Source of the DNA: Macrostomum lignano
Taxonomy: Eukaryota
Reading direction: 5' to 3'
DNA: 64,000 nucleotides
Assembly (NCBI GenBank): GCA_002269645.1
Contig: NIVC01001785.1
Coordinates: 1-64,000 of the forward strand
Shown: positions 1 to 13,748 of the stretch, one piece after another
Layout of the letters: the number at the start of each line of letters is the position of its first letter
Position numbering within the stretch: the stretch's first letter is position 1
Program-made: the position numbers and the translations under genes
Notes under the pieces: model-generated
Databases searched by the model: none
What the model was told of the DNA's origin: nothing
What the model saw: the letters and a program-made list of their open reading frames with translations, nothing else

Positions 1-410
1 GGATTATAGAATCGGGGTCATGGGATTATAGAATCGGGGTCATGGGATTAGAAAATCTGGTCATGGGATTATAGAATCGGGGTCATGGGATTATAGAATC
101 GGGGTCATGGAATTAGAAAATCTGGTCATGGGATTATAGAATCGGGGTCATGGGATTATAGAATCGGGGTCATGGTATTAGAAAATCTGGGTCATGGGAT
201 TATAGAATCGGGGTCATGGGATTATAGAATCGGGGTCATGGTATTAGAAATCTGGGTCATGGGATTATAGAATCGGGGTCATGGGATTATAGAATCGGGG
301 TCATGGTATTAGAAAATCTGGGTCATGGATTGTAGAATCGGGTCATGGGATTATAGAATCTGGGTCATGAGATTATAGAATCTAGGTCATGAGATTATAG
401 AATCTGGGTC
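1..410. repeat. Minisatellite, ~22-bp unit GGGATTATAGAATCGGGGTCAT (runs off the window start)
   Basis: Direct tandem copies, degenerating to ~520. Confidence 0.95.
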
Positions 411-1116
411 ACTACACATGGGATTATAGAATCTGAAGGATTTTATATAAATCTGGGTCAAAGGAATTTTAGAATTTGGTCATAGGATTATTGAGTCGGG
501 TCAAGGGATTATAGAATCTGGACATTCGCAACATATCAGGCAACATCAACCTATCCATCATTGCATTGCAGTTGTCAGTGAAACAGCAGCAGCGGAAACC
601 GCAGGCCTTGAAGGAGATTAATTAAGGAGCGGACTAACAAAATCTGCCAATTCTATCTTACCCATACAAAGGCAAACTTGCTTTGAAAATACTGGACAAT
701 ACTGCAATTTAAAACGCTTACTGGGCTTGGCTTTTGTGTCTATTTTGCCCAGATATTTTTCCTATTTTTGAGTTAAGGATTGTTCTCACATCTCATACGG
801 AGTTGCTTGAGTGCTCAAATACAGCAAGAACTCAATACACACCCGATGTGAATCGCGGAAAATCAATATTTTCAAAAGCTATAAATTAAATAATGCTCTC
901 GGCATTGATTTTTTAGTTATAGTCATCAACCAATTACGTTGCGATGAATGCAAGGACCAATAGGAGTTTCAGGTATTTAAACTACACTCAATCATAGCTT
1001 ATACACCCAATCAGGTAGAGAATTCTATTAAAATTCGGTATCAAATGTAGAAATAAAGATCTGTGGCAAGAATATTTGCTTTGAAATTCTCCTCCTGATC
1101 GTCTTCTTATCAACTC

Positions 1117-1352
1117 GATTGGCTTCATTGTCTATGGCCGAGAGCAGTTCTGTGGTAGAGTTTATGATTGGCTTCATTGTCTATGGCCGAGAGCAGTTCT
1201 GTGGTAGAGTTTATGATTGGCTTCATTGTCTATGGCCGAGAGCAGTTCTGTGGTAGTGTTTTTATTGGCTTCATTTGTCTATGGCCGAGAGCAGTTCTGT
1301 GGTAGTGTTTTTATTGGCTTTATTGTCATGGCCGAGAGCAGTTTTGTGGTAG
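1117..1352. repeat. Minisatellite, 49-bp unit GATTGGCTTCATTGTCTATGGCCGAGAGCAGTTCTGTGGTAGAGTTTAT (~4.7 copies)
   Basis: Direct tandem copies. Confidence 0.95.
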
Positions 1353-2028
1353 TGGAATACGAAAAAAGCACTATCAGTCAAATATACATGTACGAGTATG
1401 GTATTTCAATTGCCGATAAGAGCGAAAACTCATAGACTAGGGGACATTCTCCGTTTGTCTAATTATTTGTCTTAATGCCTATGCCATGCACAATACTCTT
1501 TTGGTACCAGTGGCACTCGTGTTTGAGGCCGAGCACAGAAGTAACGGACTAATTTCTGCATACATGCTAAGCACCTGTACTTCAAATCAGCTACAGCACT
1601 TATTTAAAAGTACACACATTTTAGTCAATGCCACACGTGTTTGATGCTTGCGCGTCATCAGATCAGCAATCAATCTTAAGCCCGCTCATCGACCCCTCCT
1701 CCCAGCCCAGGTAGCCTGTCGGAAATGTCGCACTGAACGGAATGCAGTGTCGGCAGGGAAATTATCGACCGCGATGGCTACCCGCATGTTGTGGCCGGGT
1801 GACCCCACCCGATTTGGGCAACACGAGAAGGGGAGCAACTCATATTTCCCTTTTGCTTCCCAGTCTCATACTCGGAGCACTGACTGCAACTGAAGGGAAG
1901 ACAGGGCTGATTTATCGATTTAGGATCTGATAATAACAATAAGTACAAATGGCAATTGCAGCACCGGAGTCTGAGAATGCTAGAATATACTACTTGTGCA
2001 GTGATATGCGGAACAGCTGAGGCCGAGG

Positions 2029-2432
2029 GGTAAACAGGGGAGGCGGTGGGGTAAACAGGTGAGGCGGTGGGGTAATCAGGGGAGGCGATGGGGTAAACAG
2101 GGAAGGCGGTGGGGTAAACAGGTGAGGCGGTGGGGTTAACAGGGAGGCGGTTGGGGTTAACAGGTGAGGCGGTTGGGGTTAACAGGTGAGGCGGTGGGGT
2201 TAACAGGGGAGGCGGTTGGGTTTAACAGGTGAGGCGGTTGGGGTAAACAGGTGAGGCGGTGGGGTTAACAGGGGAGGCGGTTGGGGTTAACAGGTGAGGC
2301 GGTGGGGTTAACAGGTGAGGCGGTGGGATTAACAGGTGAGGCGGTGGGGTTAACAGGGGAGGCGGTTGGGTTAACAGGTGAGGCGGTTGGGGTAACAGGG
2401 AGGCGGTGGGGTTAACAGGGAGGCGGTGGGGT
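2029..2432. repeat. G-rich minisatellite, ~21-23-bp unit GGGGTTAACAGGTGAGGCGGT
   Basis: Direct tandem copies; G-runs give G-quadruplex potential. Confidence 0.95.
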
Positions 2433-3187
2433 CAAGTTGAGGACAACTAAAGACCTGAAATGAAGAACAATCCATTGGAAAGAGCCGCACAGCTCACAAT
2501 AATGCCATGTTGCAATTATTTGTGTATCAGTGCACAAAGTTTGCCTGTATCCCAGCATATGACGCAGGCAGACGGAAAATATTAAATTATATTATTAAAT
2601 AGTTATAACATATTATTTATTATATTAATAAACTTTGAGACGGTGAGACAGATATCAAGGACATACGAGTACGTTTATACAGTTAGCAATTCATTGTGAG
2701 GCGCAAAAAATCCTAATTGAAAAGAGCAGAAGCTTTGGTCTGGAAATAAGGATCTGAAGAAGTGCACTGTTTAGAATAAATTAATGAGGACACTACAAAA
2801 AGCAGACTGGCTATTTGGCCAAGCGGCAAATGACAGCCAATTTGTAACTGAAGGATTCACTCTTTTATATGTTAAATATGTTAAATTGTGGCAGAAAAAA
2901 GCCCTATTCGGCGGGTAAGGAATCTGCTTCAGTCTACAAAGCAGAGGTGGGAAACAAAAAGCAACAGACAAATGAGCAGAGACAAGCTATCAGAAGTTCT
3001 CTAAGAAAATATACTTTCTTCTCAGGAATATTATTTATGGTCTTTGCTGTGAATTTCAAAAACGATAGAAGCGTTTTTTAGATCCTACAGATTGCTCAAG
3101 CCACACACTGTGACAAAATACGAGGTATTCGAATAAGTGGAGCATAACGCATAAGCAAATAATAAGGATAGTTGACAAAACAAAATC

Positions 3188-3825
3188 AGTGACATCACCT
3201 GGGGATGCGGGAGAGTCGGTGACATCACCTGGGATGCGGGAGAATCGGTGACATCACCTGGGATGCGGGAGAATCGGTGACATCACCTGGGGATGCGGGA
3301 GAATCGGTGACATCACCTGGGGATGCGGGAGAGTCGGTGACATCACCTGAGGATACGGGAGAGTCGGTGACATCACCTGGGGATGCGGGAGAGTCGGTGA
3401 CATCACCTGGGATGCGGGAGAGTCGGTGACATCACCTGGGGATGCGGGAGAATCGGTGACATCACCTGGGGATGCGGGAGAATCGGTGACATCACCTGGG
3501 GATGCGGAGAATCGGTGACATCACCTGGGGATGCGGAGAATCGGTGACATCACCTGGGGATGCGGAGAATCGGTGACATCACCTGGGGATGCGGAGAGTC
3601 GGTGACATCACCTGGGGATGCGGGAGAATCGGTGACATCACCTGGGGATGCGGGAGAATCGGTGACATCACCTGGGGATGCCGGAGAGTCGGTGACATCA
3701 CCTGGGGATGCGGGAGAATCGGTGACATCACCTGGGATGCGGGAGAATCGGTGACATCACCTGGGATGCGGGAGAATCGTGACCTCTCCTGGGATGCGGG
3801 AGAATCGGTGACATCACCTGGGGAT
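3188..3825. repeat. Minisatellite, ~30-bp unit GAATCGGTGACATCACCTGGGGATGCGGGA
   Basis: About 21 tandem copies, 3' of UBE2Q. Confidence 0.95.
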
Positions 3826-4308
3826 GTGGGAGAATTGATTGAAATGATGAGACACTCAGCCAAAGCAAGCCGAGACACAAAGCCAAAGACAATGCGATTA
3901 CTTATGAGTAGTAGCGAGAGAGAAAAAGTTTGCGAAAACTGAAAGACACCAAAAAAACAAAACAACACTTATAGCAACGTATAAAATTACATAGACAGTG
4001 AGAGTAAATTTTCAAAGTTAAATAAACAATTTATTGTATGTCGTTTTTCTGTGAGAGACAAAGAAGAAAACGTTTTAACTGACAAAAAAGCAGGCAGACA
4101 AAATTCATCAAATTTTTTGGACAGCGTGGTAACTTGGATATAAATAAGCGAAATTATCTTGGGGTAAAAAGCACAAAAAAGCTGTTCTGCCACAAGGAGA
4201 GATCGGTAAGTCCGCTGAGTCTACAGTTTAGTGTCTTGCGATTCCTGCCCAACTCTTGGGAGGGGGGAGAGGGAGAATATCCCAATAAGCGATCAATCAC
4301 TGATAGAG

Positions 4309-7300
4309 TTAGCCATCCTCCTTTGGCGGAGTGAACCAGCCTTTCTTCTCGTGATGTGCACCAGCGCCCGGAAGCTGTGCTGCGCCCTGGCCAGGCTGTA
4401 GGCATTCTTACTAGCTGAGAACTGCACCCGGGCCTTGCCTTTGACCAGAGTGGCCGAGATCTGCAGCACCAGAGACTCCAGGCTGTAGGCGGACGACCAG
4501 CCCTGGGTAGCGGTTGGTGGGTGGCATAAGTAATAAGTAGCACGTGACCTTGAGATTGCGGCTTGTAGCCTACACTGGAGAGGGGAACTGATAACCCTGA
4601 GGGACCAGAGAGGGGAACTGATGACCCTGAGGGACCAGAGAGGGGAACTGATGACCCTGAGGGACCAGAGAGGGGAACTGATGACCCTGAGGGACCAGAG
4701 AGGGGAACTGATGACCCTGAGGGACAGAGAGGGATGACCCTGAGACCAGAGAGGGAATGATGACCCACAGCAAGCATCAGAGGGGGGAACTGATGACCCA
4801 CAGCAAGCATTAGAGGGGGAACTGATGACCCACAGCAAGCATCAGAGGGGGGACTGATGACCCACAGCAACCATCAGAGGGGGGAACTGATGACCCACAG
4901 CAAGCATTACCCAGCCCTAACCTGCTTGGTGAGCAGCTCCATGCAGATAGCTCCGCCCTGCAGCACATAGCCGTTGGTAAGCACGGGATTAACAACACGC
5001 ACAAAAGGCGGCTCGAATGGGAATGCGTCTTTAAAATAGAATCCCAGAGTAATCCGGCCAGCGTCTGAGTCGCCATTCCGGCTGAGCTGCTCTAAGTCGC
5101 GCTGCAGCGGACTGTCCGGGTCAACGCGCAACAGGTGCACATGCCATTCGTACAGGCTGTCGTTAACCAGCTCAACGGAGAACATGCCAGCCTTCAAACT
5201 GGACGATCTGGGATTTGGGTTTAATAGCGAGTGTGCAATGATTACAACACTGTTTATATATTCGCAAATTGATTCACTACTTACTACTAACGAGGTTTGG
5301 CAGTAGAGTTTTTCAGCGATAAAATCTAGAAACAGTGAAACTATTCTTAGAAATCCGGAACACGGCTCTGACTTTCTAATCGTGAGGCATGTACACTCTT
5401 CGAGCACACAAGAGCCCGTGCACAGGATTCGAACCAGGGGCATTTTGGTGCGAAAGGGTCAGGCGCGTCAGCCTTGTGAGTAGCAAGGAGAGGCCTGAGT
5501 TCAAACGCTCGCAAGCGTCACAGTGAGAGACTCACCTGTACAGCTCCTTTAACTCCTTCATAAGCCGATCTGTGGCCTGCACGGAGCCAAAAGCCGGGGC
5601 CGCCTGTTTAGCGTAGGCCTCCCGTTGCGCAGTTTTCAATCTGCGCAGCGTTTCAATATGGGCGCGCGAATCGATGCCGGCAAACTCGCACGACAGGTCG
5701 GAGGTAGCGGCAGCGTCGGCCGAGGCGAAGGAGGCGTTGGCGGCGCCGGATGTTGAAGAGCAGCCGCTCGGCTCCGAGCCGGCGATGCCGGAAGCAGCGT
5801 CCGACATGTGCAGATCGTCCTCGTAGTCCTCGAAGCCGGTGTCCTCCTCGTCCGACATGCTGCTGCCAGCGGCGCCGTCATCGTCCTGCAGGTTTAATAA
5901 TAAACCAAATAGTGCTACTTATAGTAGGCTAATGCGGAATAGTCGGAGAAAATGAACCAGAGTGGCCAGTTGGCATCAATAAAAACTTGAAAATTTGATA
6001 TTTTTCATGTTGCGTGTCGCGTTGAGGGTCAGATATAAGTTAAGCTAAGCTGGCCATGGTTAGTAGGCAGTTAAACAGCCCAGATTTACACATCAAGGAA
6101 GTCACAGTGTCGGCGAGTGATCAGTTGCAAAACTTCTATAGAAAATGAAAACCAATACAATAAGGCTTACAGCATCATGATATTCTTCATCATCATCTGC
6201 AGCGGCGGCGGCAGCTGCCCCACTTGCTTGGCGGCGTGTGGCGGCAGACGAGAGACGCAGCTGGGCAACCTCGGGCGGCACAGTCAGGCCGAAGGAGGCG
6301 CACAGGCGGTCCAACAGACTGCAGGTCTGGCAAACCAGATTGCAATTTCGCGGGTAGGCCTCCTGCAGTTCGGCCAGCCCTGACGTCACTTTCTGATTGT
6401 CGGAGTCTGAGAACCACAGCGCTGGCGTCTGGGGATAATTTTCCTAAATAGTAGCGAAATAGAAATTAACAATTCCAATTACAATTCCAATTCCAATTTT
6501 TACCAATACAACAGATATGTTACCAATAGAAACAGCTGGGTGAATGTGAAAGCCATGCATTTATGAACTATATTGTTCTATTGTCTAGAACATATTGCCA
6601 ATGGCTATAGATCATACGTGAACAAGAATTAACCCTAAGCTAGAAGCGAGTCATTATATATTTAACATTTATCAGTAAAAAAATTTTTGCTATATGATGA
6701 ACAATATTGAACTTAGATAATTTGTCTTATGTTATTTTAATTTTGACAAATTTGTTGGCTTGTAGATTCAGGGCCAGCTCATTCTAATGCCTTCAAAACA
6801 TTAAGACTTGAGTCCTAAGGAGTTGAATTAGAATCCTAGAATCCCAGAAATTTATAATTCTGAAGAATAGGAATTTATAGAGGTCAAATACAATCAATTT
6901 TGGAATGAAATCCCAATTCTTGTTACAATCTTAGAATGTGGAATTAGGATCTTATTTTTTATTAAATTGCAGCAAGCAAACCTTTTTGGCCCATAAGAAA
7001 CCTTTGTAGTAAAACTTTGGCAATAGACCCACTTTAAGTAAATTCTTTTAAAACACTTTTAGAAACCCAAAATTTAAAAAATTGTTTTTTTGTGATTTGA
7101 TTTTTACTTTTACTTTATGTGCATAGCCTACAAATATATAACACTTATAATTGACATTTAATTTGTGCAAGATGCAATAAAATATTCATATAGTCCAACT
7201 TGCAACTATTAAAGAAGTTTGTATATAAGTAACTTTATTCTTAGCAATAAACAGTTATTTTTTTAATTTAATTCTGTTTTAGTTTTAGTTATAGGCACAA

Positions 7301-10300
7301 TGATATATATTTAAAGATAAAGAATAGGGGATGGCTAATACCTAGCAAATCAAGAAAGGTCAAAAAAGGTCAAGAAAGGCAATTGTTATGGTAATTTATA
7401 GGCCTAGTATAGAGCAACATTTGATAATTAAAAAAGCAGAGTAGCTAATAGTTATAACAAGTTCTAATATAATCTTGCCATCAATAGTTTTTTAGTTTAA
7501 AAATTGCTTATCAAACAACATGAAAATAAAGTCAAGAGTAGATAATTAATAAAATAAAATTGTAGAATTAAGATAGTCCTAAAACTTGATGAAATAATGC
7601 ATTAGAATTGATACTGCTGCCCATAGTCCAGATCATGGCAGGTGTACATCAGAATAAAAATTCATGTTTTATTCAATTTTACTAGGATGTAGAATAAAAA
7701 ATACAATATGTTCTTTGTTTTAATTTTGTTTTTCTTATAAATTGTGCTGATATTTTTTTTAGTTATCAACTATTTTAAAAAGAGCTTTTGTTGGTTGATA
7801 TTTAACTGCACAATTACATTAGCCCTGAACTATTTTTAGTATGCCAACTATGTACCTTTATGTTAAACCAAAAAATTCTATATACCAAGTGTACGCTAAG
7901 ATTGTCAGCAAGAACAAAAATACATTTGGAATTTTCTGGTGTGAAGGCCACTTTCTAGACTATAGGTTGCTGCTAAGCTTAGCAGTTGTGAGAGAAGTTA
8001 TCATATGTTATACAAATTTATAATTTTTTCATAAATAATTAACACTGAATTTTCTATATATATTTGGCAGCAAAGTAATTTATCGCTGAAGTGATATTAA
8101 TAAAGTAATTATAATTCATTAGCAAGGCATCCTATAGCTATATATAGGCACCATAGTCCAGATCATACTGGGTGCACACCTAAACAAAAATTGAATAATT
8201 ACAAATGCATACTGAAAAAATTGAGTGCATGCCAATTCTTAAAAATATGCTGGTGTTGCAACAATAAATAACCTTTTTACATTGTGACAAAAATGTCCTT
8301 TTTTAAAATTGCATAAAGAACTTTTTCTAGCACTGCAAAGATTTGTTTAACTGAATTTTTTTACTAAACTGTAGAAAACGAGTTCATTTTAACTATTTTT
8401 GTTTTACTTTTCATTTCTTGGAAAAGTTAAACCTGGTTTTTGAATTTAGTTTTCTGTTTTTTCATAAAAGGCTGGCTATTCTTTCTGATCAAAATTTAGC
8501 TACTGTAACTATGTACATGGAGACTATGCCAAATGCAAACTTAAACATTTTTGTATGCTAATTTAATTGTGTACATTGATTGTTGGGACTCGGAACTTTT
8601 GGTCCCACCTGCTGGTCTTGGCAATCTCTATATGCCCCATACTCAGGAAGGTGGCCTGCACGCGGGAATTTTCCCGCGTGCACAAGCCACGCTAAAATTT
8701 TGGCGTGCAAAGTTGGCGTGCAAATAGGGGTCTCAAGCCACGCCTAAATTTTCAGCATACAAGTTTTTTACTTGGCATGTAACCTTGGCGTGCAATTACA
8801 AACTGACAGTATATCAACAAGTCAGATATAGATGTATACACTATATATATATACAATATATAAAGTTAAACGTGAACAATTGAATTTGAATATTGATTAA
8901 ACCAACTAGTTGAGGCTACAGCCAGGTCTACACTCTACAGCCTACATTAAAATTAAAATATCCAATAACTTTTAAACGCTCATATTTTGTGACTCTTGTA
9001 GACTTTTAGTTTATTTGTTTCTTGAAATTTGAAGAAAAAGTTTTTGATACTCACTATGTTCTTTGTAGCGAATTTCCTTTTTTATATAAACTTTGTTTAA
9101 CGTAAGTAGAAAATTTATTTAAAAATAGTATCTAATACGGTTAATATCTACCATATTTGAAAAATATTTCACGCTTTGAAATATCGTGCGCTTGCAAAAT
9201 ACTACATCTTTTAACAAAAAAACGCTCTTTCAAATACCTTAATAATTTTACAAATATCGTAACTCGCATCGTAACTCATGTAAAAATTTAACCTTTTGAA
9301 CAAATTTAACCTTTTGAACTTAATCGTAATTAAACAACTAATGCTAAAATATCTCAAATACACAGAAATATACTGGCCAAACAGGCTTCTTGCCTGAGCC
9401 AACTTACTACTACTACTACTACTAAAAAAACACTTGTCGAATCATCTTTTTAAACTTCCATCTCGAAAATTTTTCCAAATACATTGCTCTATAATATATT
9501 GGCCAAACAGGCTAATTGCCTGAGCCAAATTCTTACTACTAATATTCAAATCACACGTACATGAGGTGTACATGATTTTTGGTATTCAAGATTTTTGGCG
9601 TGCAACAGAAATGTCATGTTAAGGGTTTTAAAAAATTGCCATACATTGGTGTGCACCAAGGATTTTTCCATAAATTGATTCCCGCGTGCACTTGCCACCT
9701 TCCTGACTATGGTATATGCCAAGCGATATGCCAAGAGGGCATGCCAGGCTCCTTTGTATGCCAAGTTGTTTTTCTGTATTTAATTTTGTTTATGGTTTAT
9801 GTGTCTGAATACTCTGGGACAATTCAAAACAATCTACACAGGAAGAAAACAATATAATTAGTTTGATTTCTTTTCTTAAATATATTCTTTTGACAAAAAT
9901 TTTTATATATATTACATAACATAAATCTTAACAAAATAACTACAACCGAATATTATGAAATGCCTCTTATCGTTAAAATGACAATACTCATAAAATCTTT
10001 GATTCTTCATTGAAAATGATTCATTGAAAATGAAATGTCTATCACAATAGCAACTTGTCACTGAAACAACTATTTGTCACCAAAATGTCTGTCACCAAAA
10101 CGTCTTGTCACTGAAATGACTGGTACCCAGAGTGTGGTATAGGCAATATGCTATCTAGAAAATTTCAATATATAGGCCTAAAAGCTTTAATTTTGATAAT
10201 AAAATGTAGGATATGTATACAAGGTACATAAGGTAACCTATATAAGCTATTTGAAAACTTTTTGCAAACAGAAAAGATTGCAAAGAAAGTACAAGAAAAT

Positions 10301-10550
10301 ACAAAATACAAAGTTAAAGTCATAGGCCTAAAGAATTGATGTTTACTGGGATATCAAAATAACAAATTGTTTAAATATCAGTTTTAATTACCATAATTGT
10401 TGCAGTTAGGTCAAATGACTTGTTATTGCACAAAAACTTGCAGTTGACTTCATCAAGGCTAGATGAGACAATTCGGAAAATATTGTGGGTTTTAGGAAAT
10501 GTCTTTTTAAGACGCTCAAGATCTTCTTTTAAGTTTCTCAAGCTAGACAT
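4309..10550 (-). CDS. UBE2Q1: Ubiquitin-conjugating enzyme E2 Q family (RWD-like N-terminus + UBC domain), ~420 aa; complement(join(4309..4502,4922..5207,5536..5885,6171..6443,10392..10550))
   Basis: Hand-spliced with GT-AG junctions and consistent phases (0,0,2,0). Exon 1 [39 protein letters not shown]...TIM joins [14 protein letters not shown]. Contains [40 protein letters not shown] and [22 protein letters not shown] (catalytic Cys), all UBE2Q hallmarks. The conserved end [14 protein letters not shown] needs one extra base at ~4352. Paralog assignment Q1 vs Q2 is not resolvable. Confidence 0.93.
4578..4908. repeat. Two adjoining sub-arrays (30-bp and ~33-bp units sharing GAACTGATGACCC) in UBE2Q intron 4
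   Basis: Units CTGATGACCCTGAGGGACCAGAGAGGGGAA and CTGATGACCCACAGCAAGCATCAGAGGGGGGAA. Confidence 0.92.
8637..9712. mobile_element. Non-autonomous DNA transposon (~1.08 kb) in UBE2Q intron 1
   Basis: ~33-bp TIRs CCATA(C/G)TCAGGAAGGTGGC..TGCACGCGGGAAT; perfect 8-bp TSD TATATGCC (8629-8636 and 9713-9720); internal GGCGTGCA subterminal repeats; no transposase ORF. Confidence 0.85.
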
Positions 10551-11258
10551 TCTACTTCGTAGGCCAAATGCTTACTGATAAAAATAGTGTTAATGCTTTT
10601 TCTTCGCGCTTTATTGTGAGCGAAAAATGTAATCAAATAAACGTCAGTTCTTTAGATTAGATTAAAAACGGAAAGTAAGCTAATTGCCTTCGAATACCGA
10701 TAGGCCTAGTTTATTGTGACATACGATTTCAGTTTGGGACTAATTCACTATTTTGTATTATCTGCTTGGTTAAAAAAACTAAGTCTAAACAACGGCTAAA
10801 CAATATATTTATGATTTACAGCAAAGAGCTCGTATCATTATTTCATTTAATCAATATTTCTGTGTTTCCGCTGCTTGCCTGTTGCTGAGTAAATTCTTTT
10901 CTCCGAACACAGTCATTCGAAAACAGAAGTATAAATACGCAGCTGACTTTTCAAGTTAAAACTTGTAAATTTATTTTTACATTTAAAAAAAGACTAATAA
11001 CTTTTTTGCCTTTATTAATCAAATTCAGCTTTTACTATGGTTTTATTTGTTTCTTGACTCACAAGTTTATGAAAAAAATTTAAGTTCACGAATATAACAT
11101 TTTTCTTCGAATGTCGTTTGTCTCTCACCGTCACCGTCATCGTCATCGAGCTGTTTCGACATCATCTATGTTAGAATTTTAAGGGGAATAGAGGGGGGGC
11201 ATTCCGTGAAGTTGTAAAGTATCAAGTTTTTTAACTTTGCGGCTTTGTATGGCCTGCG

Positions 11259-11266
11259 TATCGATA
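11259..11266. promoter_or_regulatory. TATCGATA (DRE-like palindrome) in the putative UBE2Q/SCYL1 divergent promoter region
   Basis: Exact palindrome located between a minus-strand donor (GTGAGT at 11062) and a plus-strand donor (GTATGG at 11475). Function inferred only. Confidence 0.25.
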
Positions 11267-12825
11267 GTGTAAATTGGACATTCTTTAACATACTGAATCA
11301 GTGTGAATGCTCATTTTATTGTCTGGATGACTATATATATCCTCTGCTCTGTATCCGCTGTAAATTAGGGTCAGTTACAGTACAGTACCAGTACTAATAT
11401 CTATTGTATTTTTTACGACACGCATTTCAATATAAAGTTCCAAGCAGCACAGCTATAGTGAGTCAAAGTCCTAAGTATGGTTTATTTTGCAACCTAAGTT
11501 ACTAAAGTTGAATCTAAAATTGGCTTGGCCTTAGTCAATTTTAAATATTATATACGATTAGTTTGTTTGATTTAGGTGCTAGGCCTAGACTTATGCTACT
11601 ATTATGTAACAGGCGTGTTTCCTGTACGATATGAAATCCCACCATTAAGCCACTAGCTATAACAGGCATGATTGCTCTCACTGAAATTATCCCACCATTG
11701 CAACCAGGCACCAGCTGTTGTAGGGCTACTTTTCTAATTCCTATTATTGAATATCCTAAAGCTGCCACCAAAGTTTTCGAAGGGCTAAACTTGTCTTTAT
11801 AAATTGTTCTAATGTTGGTAGCTGCCACCAAGACTAGAATATAGATTCTATTAATAAATTATGAGTTTATTAAATAATCTTAGAATAAGTCTGAGAAAGG
11901 TTTCTTGGAATTAGGCCTAGTCTGAGTACATATCTTAGTAGTTGTCTAAGTATATATTTAATTCAGAATTTGTCTGAGTATATTGTTCTTAGAATACTAT
12001 TTAGCCCTTGGCCCCTTACAAGTATTGTTCTTCTGTTATTCTAGTAGCATTTACTGTTATTCTGGCCTGAGTGGTATATTGGCTTACTGGTATATTGCAT
12101 GTACTTTCAAGTCCTAGGCATTACCAAGATCAGAGGGTCACAGCCTCCAGTTCATACATGCGCAACCCCCCTGATTTACACTGGCCATACACTGGCCATC
12201 CCGGGAACACCAGGACTGAGAGATATAATAGTAGACAGTGCCAATAGACTGCTCAGGCAAAAGGTACAGTACATGTACAACCGCTACCATTAGATAAGTA
12301 TACGCTAGCAATAGAAGTGGACACTACCAGTAATAATAGTACGTTTATGCAAAAGTACATTAAGTAGAAAGACAGAAAGTTCACCACTAGTATAACTTTG
12401 GTGGCATTTAGTGGGAATTTTCATAGAAAGCCAAAAGGCCTGTTACAACTTTAGTGACAGCTGTGGAATCATTTGTAGGGGCAGAAGTTAACCCCTAGCA
12501 CAGTTTATGCCCAAAAATTTAGGCCTATATTGGCCTTGCATGCCAAAAGTAGAAATAAAAAAAGTATTTTTCTAAGTTTCAAACAAAGTAGCTAGTAGGT
12601 TCTTCGTTTTAATAAACTATTTATTTTTGAAAGTTAGTGATGGAGTCTGTAAATGCAAGGCAAAAAGCTAGATCTCAAAACTGTTTTTTCTTCATGTATG
12701 TATTGATGACACAGATGGTATTGGAAAATTTACTCATTGTTTTTAATGTTACTCTTGTAGAATGATGTAATGGATATAATGTTGTTTTTTGGAAAATAAA
12801 AAAAAGAATACACATGTAGTGCATA

Positions 12826-13090
12826 CATACATGCACAACAGTCGGCCAAGTCGGCCGATCCGGCCAACCGATTTGGCGGCCAACCAAGGAAGTTGCAAAA
12901 ATGCCCACCCAAAAATACCAAAGTAGTAGTACTAAGTAGCTGACGAGGCATTTAGACTTAATTTTGTTTGCGTTAATTTTGCGTTAGGGTTTTTTAACAT
13001 GTAAGTCGCATTTTTGGCCAAAAACTACGTCGCATTTTTGTTAAAACTAAGTCGCATGGCCAACCGAATTTTGAAGGTTGCGCATATATG
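12826..13090. mobile_element. hAT-like MITE, copy 1
   Basis: TIRs CATACATGCACAAC / GTTGCGCATATATG; 8-bp TSD AGTGCATA on both sides; internal sequence homologous to 62377-62674. Confidence 0.88.
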
Positions 13091-13748
13091 AGTGCATATA
13101 GTTTAGAACTGCAAAAAAGGTCTTTTATTGTTGCAACGCCTCATGGGCCCTGCATATAAAGCATAACTGCTAGTTGCGCACTATGCACAACTTCTGTGGC
13201 AGCTGAAAAAATTTTCCTGCATGGCTGGTGAATCCATAAGACTATGGGGTCAATAAAATTGTACTTAATTGATAGAAAAATATTCAATATATATATTTAA
13301 CAGTTAGGTCTATATACAAGTATAAAATCTTTTCTTTTATAGGGTTTATATAAAATAAGAATATAAGAATATAATGTTTCTAAATAAAGCAAATTTTATA
13401 TTTTCCTATTCAATATTTTTTAGGTTTATCTAATATTGTTATTTATTAGCATCTTGGAATTTTTTATTTGAATTTCCAGATTTGCAATTTAGCAACCTAC
13501 TTTGCTTTTCTGCTTTTAATGTTTACCCTATATGACCTATTGACTTTTAACTTTGTTGTTTTTTTGTTAATAATACATTTTTTAGACTGTAAGTTTGATA
13601 AAATATGACAATATTTTAATAGTTAATATAATAATTTTAAATGAAAAACTAAATGATTTCTCTGAATATTATTTGTTGACATTGAAAAGAAAAATGATTA
13701 GGTCTAAGCTTGTTAGTCAGATATAAGAAGCTTGCTATTTATTAGTGA

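Noticed and set aside
4578-4908. Repeated CTGATGA resembling a hammerhead ribozyme core
   Set aside because: No GAAA after a stem II and no closing stems; simple minisatellite.
11068-11166. MMSKQLDD...CYIRELKFF as the UBE2Q N-terminus
   Set aside because: It has an in-frame stop, and a much better exon 1 matching the family exists at 10392-10550; kept only as a possible uORF.
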